Source: an uncultured Spirochaetaceae bacterium
Lineage (GTDB): Bacteria; Myxococcota_A; UBA9160; UBA4427
DNA: 64,000 nucleotides
Reading direction: 5' to 3'
NCBI GenBank assembly: GCA_964515335.1
Contig: CAZETS010000002.1
Span: forward strand, 42,285-106,284
Every line of letters begins with the position of its first letter. The stretch's first letter is position 1. The translations under genes were made by a program, and so were the position numbers. Below, piece by piece: positions 1 to 8,836 of the stretch. Under the pieces are notes generated by a model. It worked only from the letters and a program-made list of their open reading frames with translations. It did not search any database and was not told where the DNA came from.

Positions 1-41
1 TCGATCGCCGTGTAGCGTGTGCCGACGAGGAACGCTGCACC

Positions 42-869
42 GTGCCGTCAGAAGCCCTCCCGGATCTCTCGGACGACGCCGCGCTCGACGAGGCCCTCGT
101 TCGGGACTATCGCGAGCACGGTCACGTGCTCGTGCGCGGGCTCGCCAGCGCGGACGAGGTGGCCGCGTATCGACCCGCCCTGCGCACCGCCGGCGCCAAG
201 GGGCGCTACGACCACCGCCCGCTCGAAGAGCGCGGCACCTACGGCCGGGCGTTCGTGCAGATGTTCAATCTGTGGACCCACGACGCGCGGGCAAAGCGCT
301 TCGTCTACGCGCGTCGATTCGCCGGCGTGGCGGCCCGGCTGATGGGCGTGGACGGCGTACGGCTCTACCACGACCAGGCACTCTTCAAGGAACCGGGCGG
401 GGGCCCCACGCCGTGGCACCAGGACCAGTTCTACTGGCCCCTCGATTCGCCCCACACCATCACCCTCTGGATGCCGCTGGTCCCGATCGACATCGAGATG
501 GGACCGATGGTCTTCGCCTCGGGCAGCCATCGCCTGGGCGGACTCGGCGACCATGCGATCGGCGAGGCCTCCGAGATCGCCTTCCAGCAGATGGTCGACG
601 AGCGGGGTCTGGCGGTGACCTCGCCCCCCGCCTACGCGCCCGGCGACGCCACTTTCCATGCCGGCTGGACGCTGCACCGGGCCGGGGGCAACACCACGGA
701 CCGCATGCGGGAGGTGATGACGATCATCTACTTCGCCGATGACACACGTGTCGGCCCGCTCGACCACCCGGCCCGGCGCTTCGACCGCGACACCTGGCTC
801 TCCGGCTGCGCGCCAGGCGAACCGGCGGCAGGCCCGCTGAACCCGGTCCTGTATCGCCACACACGTTGA
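42..869 (+). CDS. Phytanoyl-CoA dioxygenase (PhyH) family Fe(II)/2-oxoglutarate oxygenase
   Basis: 275-aa ORF. It has an HxD iron motif in PWHQDQFYWP and a distal His in GWTLHRAGGN. Overall PhyH-family pattern recognised from memory. Confidence 0.7.
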   Translation: MPSEALPDLSDDAALDEALVRDYREHGHVLVRGLASADEVAAYRPALRTAGAKGRYDHRPLEERGTYGRAFVQMFNLWTHDARAKRFVYARRFAGVAARLMGVDGVRLYHDQALFKEPGGGPTPWHQDQFYWPLDSPHTITLWMPLVPIDIEMGPMVFASGSHRLGGLGDHAIGEASEIAFQQMVDERGLAVTSPPAYAPGDATFHAGWTLHRAGGNTTDRMREVMTIIYFADDTRVGPLDHPARRFDRDTWLSGCAPGEPAAGPLNPVLYRHTR

Positions 870-879
870 CTTTCAGGGC

Positions 880-1196
880 ATGGACGGCGTCCTCGGTGCG
901 TTGGGGGGGCTCGGCCTCTTCCTGCTGGGCATGCTCGTCCTGACGGACGGGCTCCGCGTGCTGGCCGGCGACGCGCCGACACGCGCCCTCGCCCGCTTCA
1001 CCCACAGCCCGGCCTCCGGCGCGCTGACCGGGGCGACGTCGCCGGACTCGGCCGCATCGACCCGGGACTGCTCGCTCGCGATCCCGAGATCTCGCTGGTC
1101 GCCAGCCACTCGCTCTTCAACGGCATCGGCCTGCTCACCGCGCTGCCCTTCACCGCCGCGTTCACCCGCCTGATGGCGACCCCGCTGCCCGATCGG
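880..1196 (+). pseudogene. Remnant of a Na+/phosphate cotransporter (NptA-type) gene, with internal deletion, frameshift and 3' truncation
   Basis: The 880 frame opens with the family N-terminal signature (LGGLGLFLLGM..GL..LAG....FT..P..G.LTGA) but lacks the following QSSSA segment. From about 1041 a different frame reads GRIDPGLLARDPEISLVASHSLFNGIGLLTALPFTAAFTRLM, which matches a second conserved segment (..AH..FN..). More than 400 codons of a normal ~550-aa protein are missing before the convergent hydrolase gene. Confidence 0.5.
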
Positions 1197-1291
1197 CCGG
1201 GGCCGTTCGCGCGCCGCCCCGACACACCCGCCTCGGCGCCGCACCCGCCGCAGAGCCGCGAGGCGCCGAGGTCGAGCCGGACTGACGCGGG

Positions 1292-2173
1292 TCAGCGCTC
1301 GGCGAGCCGCTCGCCCACCGCGTCCGCCACGGCCGCCGCGCCGCCCTGCGACATCACGATCGTGTAGTGATTGACGTCGTCCACCGTGGCCCACGCGAAG
1401 TCCGGAATACGCGGCGCCCAGGCCTCGACCTGCTCGACGGGATAGAGCGGATCCGCATCCATCACACCGCGGGGCGCGCGCAGCAGCCGCGCCGGGCACG
1501 GCAGCTCGGCCAGCGCTCGCGGGACGGCGTCGCTCACGAGCTGGCTCTCGGTGTCACCGAGCACCGCCTCCCGGAGCGTGCGCGGCCGCAGTTCGGGCGG
1601 CTCGCCGACCAGGTCGTAGGCGACGTAGCGCTCGATCTTCTCGCTCCACGCGTCGAAGGCGGGGTGCTTGCGCCAGTAGTCGAAGTACGACTCGACGGAC
1701 GGGAACGTCATGTCGAGCCGCTCCATGGCGGGGCCGATCACTGCGTGGATCAACTGCTCGGTCGACAGCCCTTCCGGCACCGCGTCCATCAAGGGGAGCC
1801 CGCCGTCCACCATCACGAGCGCACCCACCCGGCCGGGGTGGAGGGCAGCGGTCACGGCGCCGACGAACCCTCCCATCGAGTGGCCGAGCAGCACGTCGGC
1901 CCTCTCCTCGCCGAGGCGGTCGAGTACGGCCATCAGGTCCGCCGCGTGCACCTCCATCCCCCACGGGCCGGCGACGTCGCGGCTGTGCCCGCGCCCGCGG
2001 AGATCGGGCGCCACGAGCCGCACGCCGCCAGCGAGCGCCTCGGCGACCGACTCGAAGGAGACGTGACTGGCCGTGATGCCGTGGGCGGCCAGCACGACGG
2101 GGCCGCTCGTTCCCCAGACGCGGACGTGGAGGGAGCCCCCTTCGACCGGGACCTCGAGCGATCGGGTGGGCAT
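1292..2173 (-). CDS. alpha/beta-fold hydrolase
   Basis: 293 aa. It has the nucleophile elbow GHSMGG and an N-terminal HG-type oxyanion region (LAAHGITAS), a typical layout. Confidence 0.8.
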   Translation of the reverse strand: MPTRSLEVPVEGGSLHVRVWGTSGPVVLAAHGITASHVSFESVAEALAGGVRLVAPDLRGRGHSRDVAGPWGMEVHAADLMAVLDRLGEERADVLLGHSMGGFVGAVTAALHPGRVGALVMVDGGLPLMDAVPEGLSTEQLIHAVIGPAMERLDMTFPSVESYFDYWRKHPAFDAWSEKIERYVAYDLVGEPPELRPRTLREAVLGDTESQLVSDAVPRALAELPCPARLLRAPRGVMDADPLYPVEQVEAWAPRIPDFAWATVDDVNHYTIVMSQGGAAAVADAVGERLAER

Positions 2174-2345
2174 GGCCGACTCCTCCTCGGCGGCGAGGGT
2201 ATCCCCCAGAGGGCGTCACTTCGAGCCGAGGTCGGCCGATCAGTCCAGCCGGGCGCCGAATATTTCATTTTCTGATGCAGGTGACTAGTTGGTGTAATAT
2301 CGGGATCTCCCGCCGAGCCGGGAGCGAGCGCGCGCGAAGCGACGG

Positions 2346-3299
2346 ATGAGAGACGAGGGAGACCCGCCCCGCATGAAGATCACCGACGTCGCGACCCAGG
2401 AAGATCTCGCGCGCTTCACGGCGCGCAACGACTGGACGGCGGTCGGCTACGTGGCCTTCAACTGGGCCGCCGTCGCGGCGATCTTCGCCGGCGTCGCGCT
2501 GTGGACCAATCCGCTGACGATCCTCGTCGGCATCGCGCTGCTCGGTGGCCGTCAGCTCGGCTTTGCGGCGCTGATGCACGACTGCGGGCATCGCACGCTG
2601 TTCTCGAGCAGGCGGGCAAACGCCTGGGCGGGCCAGTGGCTCTGCGCCTACCCGATCCTCTCGGACGTCCACCGCTACGCGGCCGGTCACCAGCGCCACC
2701 ACGCGCACGCGGGCACACGCGACGACCCCGACCTGCCCAACTACCACGCCTACCCGATCACGCGCGAGAGCTTCCGCCGCAAGATCGTGCGCGACCTGAC
2801 CGGCCGCACGGGCTGGAAGGCGCTGAAGGCGACCTGGCGGCGCGGTCGCGCCGAGTTCGGCAAGGCGCCCTGGAACGGCAACGCACTACTCGGTCACCTG
2901 ATCGTGAACGGAGCCATGTTCGCGGTGCTGACCGCGTTCGGCCGGCCTCTCCTCTACCTGATGTGGCCGGCAGCCTTCATGACGAGCTACATGCTGATCG
3001 CGCGGCTACGGCAGGTGGCCGAGCACGGGGGCGTGCCGGACCTCTTCGACCGCGATCCCCGCCTCAACACGCGCACCACGATCGTGCGCTGGTGGGAGCG
3101 GCCCTTCGTCGCCCCCTTCAACCTGAACTACCACCTCGAGCACCACTTCCACGCGAACGTCCCCTGCTACAACTTGAAGGCCTTCCACGAGTTCCTGGTC
3201 GCCCGTGGGGTGTACGACGAAACCGAGTTCCCACACGGCTACCGGGAGCTGTTCGCGAAGATGGTGCCCGACCCGGCGCCCGAGCCGAACCACGCCTGA
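2346..3299 (+). CDS. Membrane fatty-acid desaturase family protein
   Basis: Three histidine boxes are present: HDCGH, HQRHH and HLEHH. There are hydrophobic segments near the N-terminus. The start may instead be the ATG at 2373, which has a better GAGGGAG Shine-Dalgarno. Confidence 0.8.
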   Translation: MRDEGDPPRMKITDVATQEDLARFTARNDWTAVGYVAFNWAAVAAIFAGVALWTNPLTILVGIALLGGRQLGFAALMHDCGHRTLFSSRRANAWAGQWLCAYPILSDVHRYAAGHQRHHAHAGTRDDPDLPNYHAYPITRESFRRKIVRDLTGRTGWKALKATWRRGRAEFGKAPWNGNALLGHLIVNGAMFAVLTAFGRPLLYLMWPAAFMTSYMLIARLRQVAEHGGVPDLFDRDPRLNTRTTIVRWWERPFVAPFNLNYHLEHHFHANVPCYNLKAFHEFLVARGVYDETEFPHGYRELFAKMVPDPAPEPNHA

Positions 3300-3335
3300 G
3301 GGCGCGCCGCGGCCGGCGGGAGCCGGGAGCCGGCC

Positions 3336-4550
3336 TCAGATCACCTCGGCGTCGCGCAGCGCGCTGATCCGAGCCCACTCCCAGCCGAGCGTTTCCATCA
3401 GCACCTGCTCGGTGTGCTGCCCGAGTTCGGGCGCGGGCTCGCGAACCGATCCGGGCGTCTCCGAGAGCCCCACCGGCACGCCGACCATCTGCGTCGGGCC
3501 GTGGTTCGGGTGGTCGAGCTCGACGATGTAGTCGTTGGCGATCACCTGCGGGTCCTGCGGCAGATCGTCGACGTTGTTGACGATCGTGTAGATCAGATCG
3601 CTCTCGTCCTCGCGGAAGAGCTTCAGCCACTCGTCGCGGGTCTTCTTCCCGAAGGCCTCGTCGAGGATCGCCACGCACTCCTCGTTGTTGTCCGCGCGCG
3701 CGCTCATCGTCTCGAACTTCGGATCGGTGGCGAGCTCGGGCCGGCCGATCAGCCGCGCCACGTCGGGCCAATAGCGATCGGCCTGCAGCATCGCGAGGGC
3801 GATCCACTGGTCGTCCGCGCAGCGATAGTGGTTCCAGAGCACGTTGAAGGCCTGGCTGCGGAAGGTGCGCGGCATCGCGATGCCTGCCATCAGCTTCATC
3901 GAGACCGAGAGCCCCTGCAGGTACGCCATCGAGCCGAGGTGCGAGGCATGCACCTCCTGGCCGATACCGTGCCGCTCGCGAGCCAAGAGGGCAGTCATCA
4001 CTCCGTAGGCCATCATGACCGCGCCCATCTGGTCCGCGATGCCGCCCGCGATCGCGAGGGGCGGCATGCCGGGCTCGCCGGCGGCGTTCATGATGCCCGA
4101 GCGCGCGAGGCCGAGGTGATCGAACGAGGGCTCGCTGCTGTCGGGCCCCTCCGGCCCGTAACCGGTCGCGCTGGCATAGACGAGCCCCGGGTTGATGCTG
4201 CTGAGGGCCGCGTAGTCGAGGCCGATGCGGCCGGCCACGCCCTTGCGGAAGTTCTGCACGAAGACGTCGGCCTTCTCGACCAGCGCGTGCACGACCTCGA
4301 CACCCTCGGGCTTCTTCAGGTCGAGGGTGATCGACTTCTTGTTGCGGTTGTTGGCCTCGAAGTACCAGTTGGGCTTGCCGCTGGTGTCCTGGCCGGCCGC
4401 GGCCACGATCCAGCGTCCCGGATCGCCCGTGCCGCGCTGCTCGATCTTGATGACGTCGGCCCCCATGTCGCCGAGCATGGCGGTGCAGACGGGGCCCTGC
4501 TGCCAGATCGTCCAGTCGAGAACGGTGATTCCTTCGAGGGGCTGGGGCAT
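3336..4550 (-). CDS. Family III CoA-transferase (CaiB/BaiF/Frc-like)
   Basis: 404 aa. The N-terminus LEGITVLDWTIWQQGPVCTAMLGDMGADVIKIE closely parallels the formyl-CoA transferase/CaiB N-terminal motif. Confidence 0.85.
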   Translation of the reverse strand: MPQPLEGITVLDWTIWQQGPVCTAMLGDMGADVIKIEQRGTGDPGRWIVAAAGQDTSGKPNWYFEANNRNKKSITLDLKKPEGVEVVHALVEKADVFVQNFRKGVAGRIGLDYAALSSINPGLVYASATGYGPEGPDSSEPSFDHLGLARSGIMNAAGEPGMPPLAIAGGIADQMGAVMMAYGVMTALLARERHGIGQEVHASHLGSMAYLQGLSVSMKLMAGIAMPRTFRSQAFNVLWNHYRCADDQWIALAMLQADRYWPDVARLIGRPELATDPKFETMSARADNNEECVAILDEAFGKKTRDEWLKLFREDESDLIYTIVNNVDDLPQDPQVIANDYIVELDHPNHGPTQMVGVPVGLSETPGSVREPAPELGQHTEQVLMETLGWEWARISALRDAEVI

Positions 4551-4574
4551 GGGATCCTTCCTTGAAGAGTTTCG

Positions 4575-6224
4575 CTACTGCAGGTAGTTGGTTCCGCCGA
4601 GCCGCATGGCCTTGGGATTCACCCTGACGTGCACGACGGCGAGCTTGTCGGCCGCCAGCGCGCGATCGAGCGCCGGCCGGATCTGCCCGGGCTCCTCGAC
4701 GTACTCCGCGTGCCCGTCGACCATCTCGGCGAGCTTCTCGTAGCGGGCGGGCAGCAGTGCGGCGATCTTCGGCGCGGCGGGGGGCAGCATGTTGTCCTGG
4801 ATCATCGAGCCCGCGATGCCCTCGTTGTTGACGACCACGAAGACGGGCCTCGCGCCCACGCGCGCCGCTGTCTCGACCACCATGGCGGCCGAACCGAACG
4901 CGTAGTCGCCGAGCACGCCGATCGAGAGCCGATCCGGACACGCGAGGCTCGCGCCCACCACGTAGGGCGCGCCGACCCCCATCGAGCCGGTCGTGCCCGC
5001 ATTGAGCCGGGAACGATTCGCGTACGAGGGCAGCATGGCGCGGCAGATGCCCATGATGGTCTCGCCCTCGGCGGTGACGATGGCATCGCGGGGAACCGCG
5101 TCCTTCACCTCGGCGACGACCCGGTAGGGGTTGATCGGAATGGCGTCGTCGGCGAGCGCCCGGCGAGCGCCCTCCTCGTTCTGCCGCGCCTTCTCTTGCA
5201 GCGAGGCGAGCCAGCTCGCCGCGCGACCGTGGAGGGTCCGAGCATCGAGCGCCTGGTCGATCTGCTCGGCCGCGATGCGGGCATCGGCGTGCAGCCCGAG
5301 GTCGACCCGAGCGCCCGAGACGAACTCCTCGGGCTCGACGTCCACCTGAACCAGCTTGACGTCCGGCGCGAAGCGGCGCCCCATGCCGAAGATCCAGTTG
5401 AACCGGCCGCCGAACATCACGATCACGTCGGCGTTCGCCAACGCCTGCGAGCGGGACGCATTCGCGAAGTGGGGGTGGTCGTCGGGCAGCGTGCCCCGGC
5501 CCATCGGGGAGCACACGTAGGGGATTCCGCGATCGACGAGCTTCTGGATCGCCGGACCCGCGTCGGCCCAGGCGGCCCCCTTGCCCACCAGCACCAGCGG
5601 CCGCTCGGCGCTCTCGAGCCAATCGGCGACGCGTTGCACGGCGTCGGGGTCGGGGTGCGGACAGCTGATCTCCGGCGCATCGCGCAGCGCAGCGGCCTCC
5701 TCGTCGACCCGACCACCGACCAGCTCGCCCGGGAAGTCGAGATAGACGCCACCGGGCCGCCCCTCGAGCGCCTTGCCGATCGCCAGGTGCACCCACTCGC
5801 CGATGCGCTCGGTGGAGTCGACCCGACCCACCCACTTGCACACGCTGCGCGTCGCCGAAACCTGGTCGAGCTCCTGGAAGCCGCCGTGGCCGGTGGTGTT
5901 CGAGAACGCGGAGCCGCCCAGCACCACCAGCGGCATCGCGCTTTCGGTGGCGACGTAGAGCGGCGTCACACAATTGGTGACCGCCGGCCCCGAGCCAGCC
6001 ACGAATACGCCGGGAAGCTTCTTCTGCCAGCCCCACGACGACGCCATGAACGCGCCGTTGAGCTCGTGGCGGCAGCCGACGACCTTCATGCCCTCGAGCT
6101 GCGCGCCGCCGAACACCTCGATCATCGGACCGGCGACCACGCCGAAGAGCGTGTCGATGCCCGCCCGCGAGAGCTGCCGCGCCGCAATCCGACCACCCTG
6201 GATCTCGGCCACCTGTGTCTCCAT
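4575..6224 (-). CDS. Thiamine-diphosphate enzyme, oxalyl-CoA decarboxylase / 2-hydroxyacyl-CoA lyase-like
   Basis: Segments GIDTLFGVVAGP, FQELDQ and GRPGGVYLDFPGE resemble Oxc as I recall it. The ThDP motif GDYAFG...NNEG lies near the C-terminus. The start was moved to the internal ATG at 6224 (METQVAEIQGG...), because the 26 upstream codons look non-native. Confidence 0.75.
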   Translation of the reverse strand: METQVAEIQGGRIAARQLSRAGIDTLFGVVAGPMIEVFGGAQLEGMKVVGCRHELNGAFMASSWGWQKKLPGVFVAGSGPAVTNCVTPLYVATESAMPLVVLGGSAFSNTTGHGGFQELDQVSATRSVCKWVGRVDSTERIGEWVHLAIGKALEGRPGGVYLDFPGELVGGRVDEEAAALRDAPEISCPHPDPDAVQRVADWLESAERPLVLVGKGAAWADAGPAIQKLVDRGIPYVCSPMGRGTLPDDHPHFANASRSQALANADVIVMFGGRFNWIFGMGRRFAPDVKLVQVDVEPEEFVSGARVDLGLHADARIAAEQIDQALDARTLHGRAASWLASLQEKARQNEEGARRALADDAIPINPYRVVAEVKDAVPRDAIVTAEGETIMGICRAMLPSYANRSRLNAGTTGSMGVGAPYVVGASLACPDRLSIGVLGDYAFGSAAMVVETAARVGARPVFVVVNNEGIAGSMIQDNMLPPAAPKIAALLPARYEKLAEMVDGHAEYVEEPGQIRPALDRALAADKLAVVHVRVNPKAMRLGGTNYLQ

Positions 6225-6325
6225 TCGTGCTGCGACCCGGCGACCCGGCCCCACGCCCACCGCCGTTGTCGGATTCTCCCACGCCCGGGGGCCGCATGAC
6301 ACCCCCGCTTCGCGGGCCGTGCCGC

Positions 6326-7642
6326 TCAGGCGCCGCCGCCCGGATCCGCTTCGTCGGGGACCGTGCCGAGGTCGGTCTCGCCCGCGAGCAGCGCGTCGCG
6401 GAAGGCCGGGTGGGCGACGCGCGCGAGCGCCTCGGCCCGCTCGCGCACGGAGCGACCGGGCAGCTCGGCGGCGCCGTACTCGGTGACGATCACGTCGGTC
6501 TGATGGCGCGGCGTCGTCACGAGGCTGCCGGCCGGATGTCGGGAGACGATGCGCGAGTGGAGCCGGCCGTCGCGGCGCACGGTCGCGGGCAGGCAGACGA
6601 GCGAGCGGCCGCCCCGGCCCGCGTGCGCGCCGGCCACGAAGTCCTCGTGGCCGCCGATCCCCGAGAACTGAGCGCCCGACAGACTGTCGGCCACGATCTG
6701 GCCGTGCAGGTCGACGGAGAGTGCGCCGTTCACCGAGACGAACTGGCGGTTGCGAGCGATGATGGCGGGATCGTTGACCCGCTCGACCGGCAGGAAGCGG
6801 ACCGCCTCGTTGCCTTCCAGCCAGTCGTAGAGCTCGCGCGTGCCCGCCGCGAAGGTCGCCGCCGAGAATCCGTCGTAGACGCCCTTCCGGTTGGTCACCT
6901 TGCCGGCGCGCGTGAGCTGCATCAGCCCGGTCGTGAACATCTCGCTGTGGATCCCGTAGTCACCGCCCTCCCCTTCGGCGAGCAGCTTGACGACGGCGTT
7001 GGGCACGCCGCCGATACCGGTCTGCAGCGTGCATCCGTCGTGGACGAAGGGCCGTACGTGCCGCGCAATCGCGAGGTCGGTCGGGCTCGGGGGCGGCTCG
7101 TCGAGGGTGAACACGGGCCGGTCCACTTCGTAGAGCAGGTCGACCTCGTCGACGTGGAGCGAGTGCGGGTGCTCGGGCGGGCAGCCGAGGGTGCGCGGGA
7201 GCTGATGGTTGACCTCGGCGATCAGCAGGCGCCCCGGATCGGCACCGGCGCGATGCAGCTCGGCGACGGTCGCGCCGGCGTGGAGCGAGAGGCTGAGCCG
7301 GCCGTCGGCATCCGGCGGCGCCACGGCCGTGGCCACCACGCGGGCGTCGAGCTGCTCGGCGATGCGGATGAAGCCGCGGAAGTCGGCTGGCACGAACTCG
7401 ATGTCGTGCCCCTGCTGGCCGAGCAACCGCTCGACCGGCCCGAAGAAGCCCGACTGAAGCTTGACGCCCGGCCGCGTGAACAGCGTGTACCAGTCGGCGA
7501 GCAGAGCCGCGAACACCCGCAGATCGTCGAATCGATCACGCTCACCGAGGGCGTGCAGCAGGGCCCCCGGCTGCCCGGGACCGAGGCCGATCACCAGACG
7601 GTCGGTGTCGCGGATCTCCCGAGCGACGGCGGCGGCGTCCAT
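6326..7642 (-). CDS. Acetyl-CoA hydrolase/transferase family protein (4-hydroxybutyrate CoA-transferase-like)
   Basis: 438 aa with family-typical length and segments (GIGGVPNAV, SGIGGHEDF). Co-directional with the two genes downstream. Confidence 0.7.
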   Translation of the reverse strand: MDAAAVAREIRDTDRLVIGLGPGQPGALLHALGERDRFDDLRVFAALLADWYTLFTRPGVKLQSGFFGPVERLLGQQGHDIEFVPADFRGFIRIAEQLDARVVATAVAPPDADGRLSLSLHAGATVAELHRAGADPGRLLIAEVNHQLPRTLGCPPEHPHSLHVDEVDLLYEVDRPVFTLDEPPPSPTDLAIARHVRPFVHDGCTLQTGIGGVPNAVVKLLAEGEGGDYGIHSEMFTTGLMQLTRAGKVTNRKGVYDGFSAATFAAGTRELYDWLEGNEAVRFLPVERVNDPAIIARNRQFVSVNGALSVDLHGQIVADSLSGAQFSGIGGHEDFVAGAHAGRGGRSLVCLPATVRRDGRLHSRIVSRHPAGSLVTTPRHQTDVIVTEYGAAELPGRSVRERAEALARVAHPAFRDALLAGETDLGTVPDEADPGGGA

Positions 7643-7746
7643 CTGGCGGCAATTCTATGCGACACGACGCCGGCGACCACTGCGGCGGCGAGTCTCAGCC
7701 GCGCCCCCCACCACGCCCCGACCGCCAGAGGCTCCCGGCGGCTCGT

Positions 7747-8691
7747 CTACGACGCTTCCCGGTCGCCGCTCTCGATCTGCGTGAACGCGGCCTCCGCCGC
7801 GGCGGCCGCGTCGGCCGCGAGTTCGCGCAGGGCGGGCAACGCGTCGGGGGCGAGGGCCAGCGCCTCCAGCACCTCGGGCAGCGGCTCCAGGGCCGGCACC
7901 CCGAAGCCGTGCTCGAAGCCCACGCCGAGCCGCTCGGCGACGTACACCAGCGCAGACAGCTCGCCGTCCGGTGTCCCCGCGGCGAGCGGATCGTGATGGA
8001 ACGCGACGGCGAGTGACAGCCGGGCCGGCAGCCCCCAGGACTCGCAGAGACTCGCCCCGAAGTCCGGATGCGCGGCGCCGAGCCACTCGCGCTCGACCTC
8101 GAGCAGCTCTCCGAGCGGGCGAGCTTCGTCGTCGAAGCCGAGCGCGTCGAGCATCCCGGCGAAGCGGGGCCGGTCGTCCTGCAGCTCGACGAGCAGGCCC
8201 ACGTCGTGGATGAGCCCGGCCACGAAGGCCTCCTCCGGATCGGTCGTCCCGGTTTCTCCGGCGAGAACGCGACACGTCGCCGCCGTGCCCAGGCTGTGTC
8301 GCCACAGGTTCGACGGCAAGAAGCGGTCGTGGATGCTCTCGGCTCGAGTGATCTGCGCGAGGCTCGCCGCGAGCGCCACGCTGCGTACCGCGCGACGTCC
8401 CAGGACGACGGCCGCGTGCTCGACGGTGATCACCTCCGACCGCATGCCGTAGAAGGCCGAGTTCGCCACCTTGAGCAGCTGGGCGCAGAGAGCCGGGTCG
8501 CCCTCGAAAGCCTCCGAAAGTGCCTGCGGGGTGCTCTCGGGATCCTCGGCGATCCGGGCGACGCGCAAAGCCGCCTCGGGCAGCGTCGCCACCTGACGCA
8601 CCCGCGCCACCGCGGCCCTGGCGACCGCCGACGGGTCGGGACTGACATCGCCCGGCTGACTCACTCGCTCCTCACCTCCCCCTCGATTCAT
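7747..8691 (-). CDS. HDOD-domain signalling protein
   Basis: Shows the HDOD pattern: LPEAALRVARIAEDPEST.., LLKVANSAFYG, GLIHDVGLLV. Confidence 0.75.
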   Translation of the reverse strand: MNRGGGEERVSQPGDVSPDPSAVARAAVARVRQVATLPEAALRVARIAEDPESTPQALSEAFEGDPALCAQLLKVANSAFYGMRSEVITVEHAAVVLGRRAVRSVALAASLAQITRAESIHDRFLPSNLWRHSLGTAATCRVLAGETGTTDPEEAFVAGLIHDVGLLVELQDDRPRFAGMLDALGFDDEARPLGELLEVEREWLGAAHPDFGASLCESWGLPARLSLAVAFHHDPLAAGTPDGELSALVYVAERLGVGFEHGFGVPALEPLPEVLEALALAPDALPALRELAADAAAAAEAAFTQIESGDREAS

Positions 8692-8836
8692 CGCACGTAG
8701 TCGGCTCGAGCTGGACGGAGAAAATCACGGACGCCGCCGAACCCGGGTTCCGGTAGCCCGATCTACAGCAGTTTTGCGCCGCGCGTCGGGCGTTCACCCG
8801 AAAAAGCCGGGCCGCGCTACGCCCGAATAGGCTGAC

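Noticed and set aside
3118-6297. 1059-aa ORF on the minus strand spanning the CoA-transferase and ThDP-enzyme region.
   Set aside because: Its composition is almost pure Arg/Gly/Ala/Pro with no motifs. It runs in an alternative frame over two genes that have clear family signatures. This is the typical high-GC shadow ORF.
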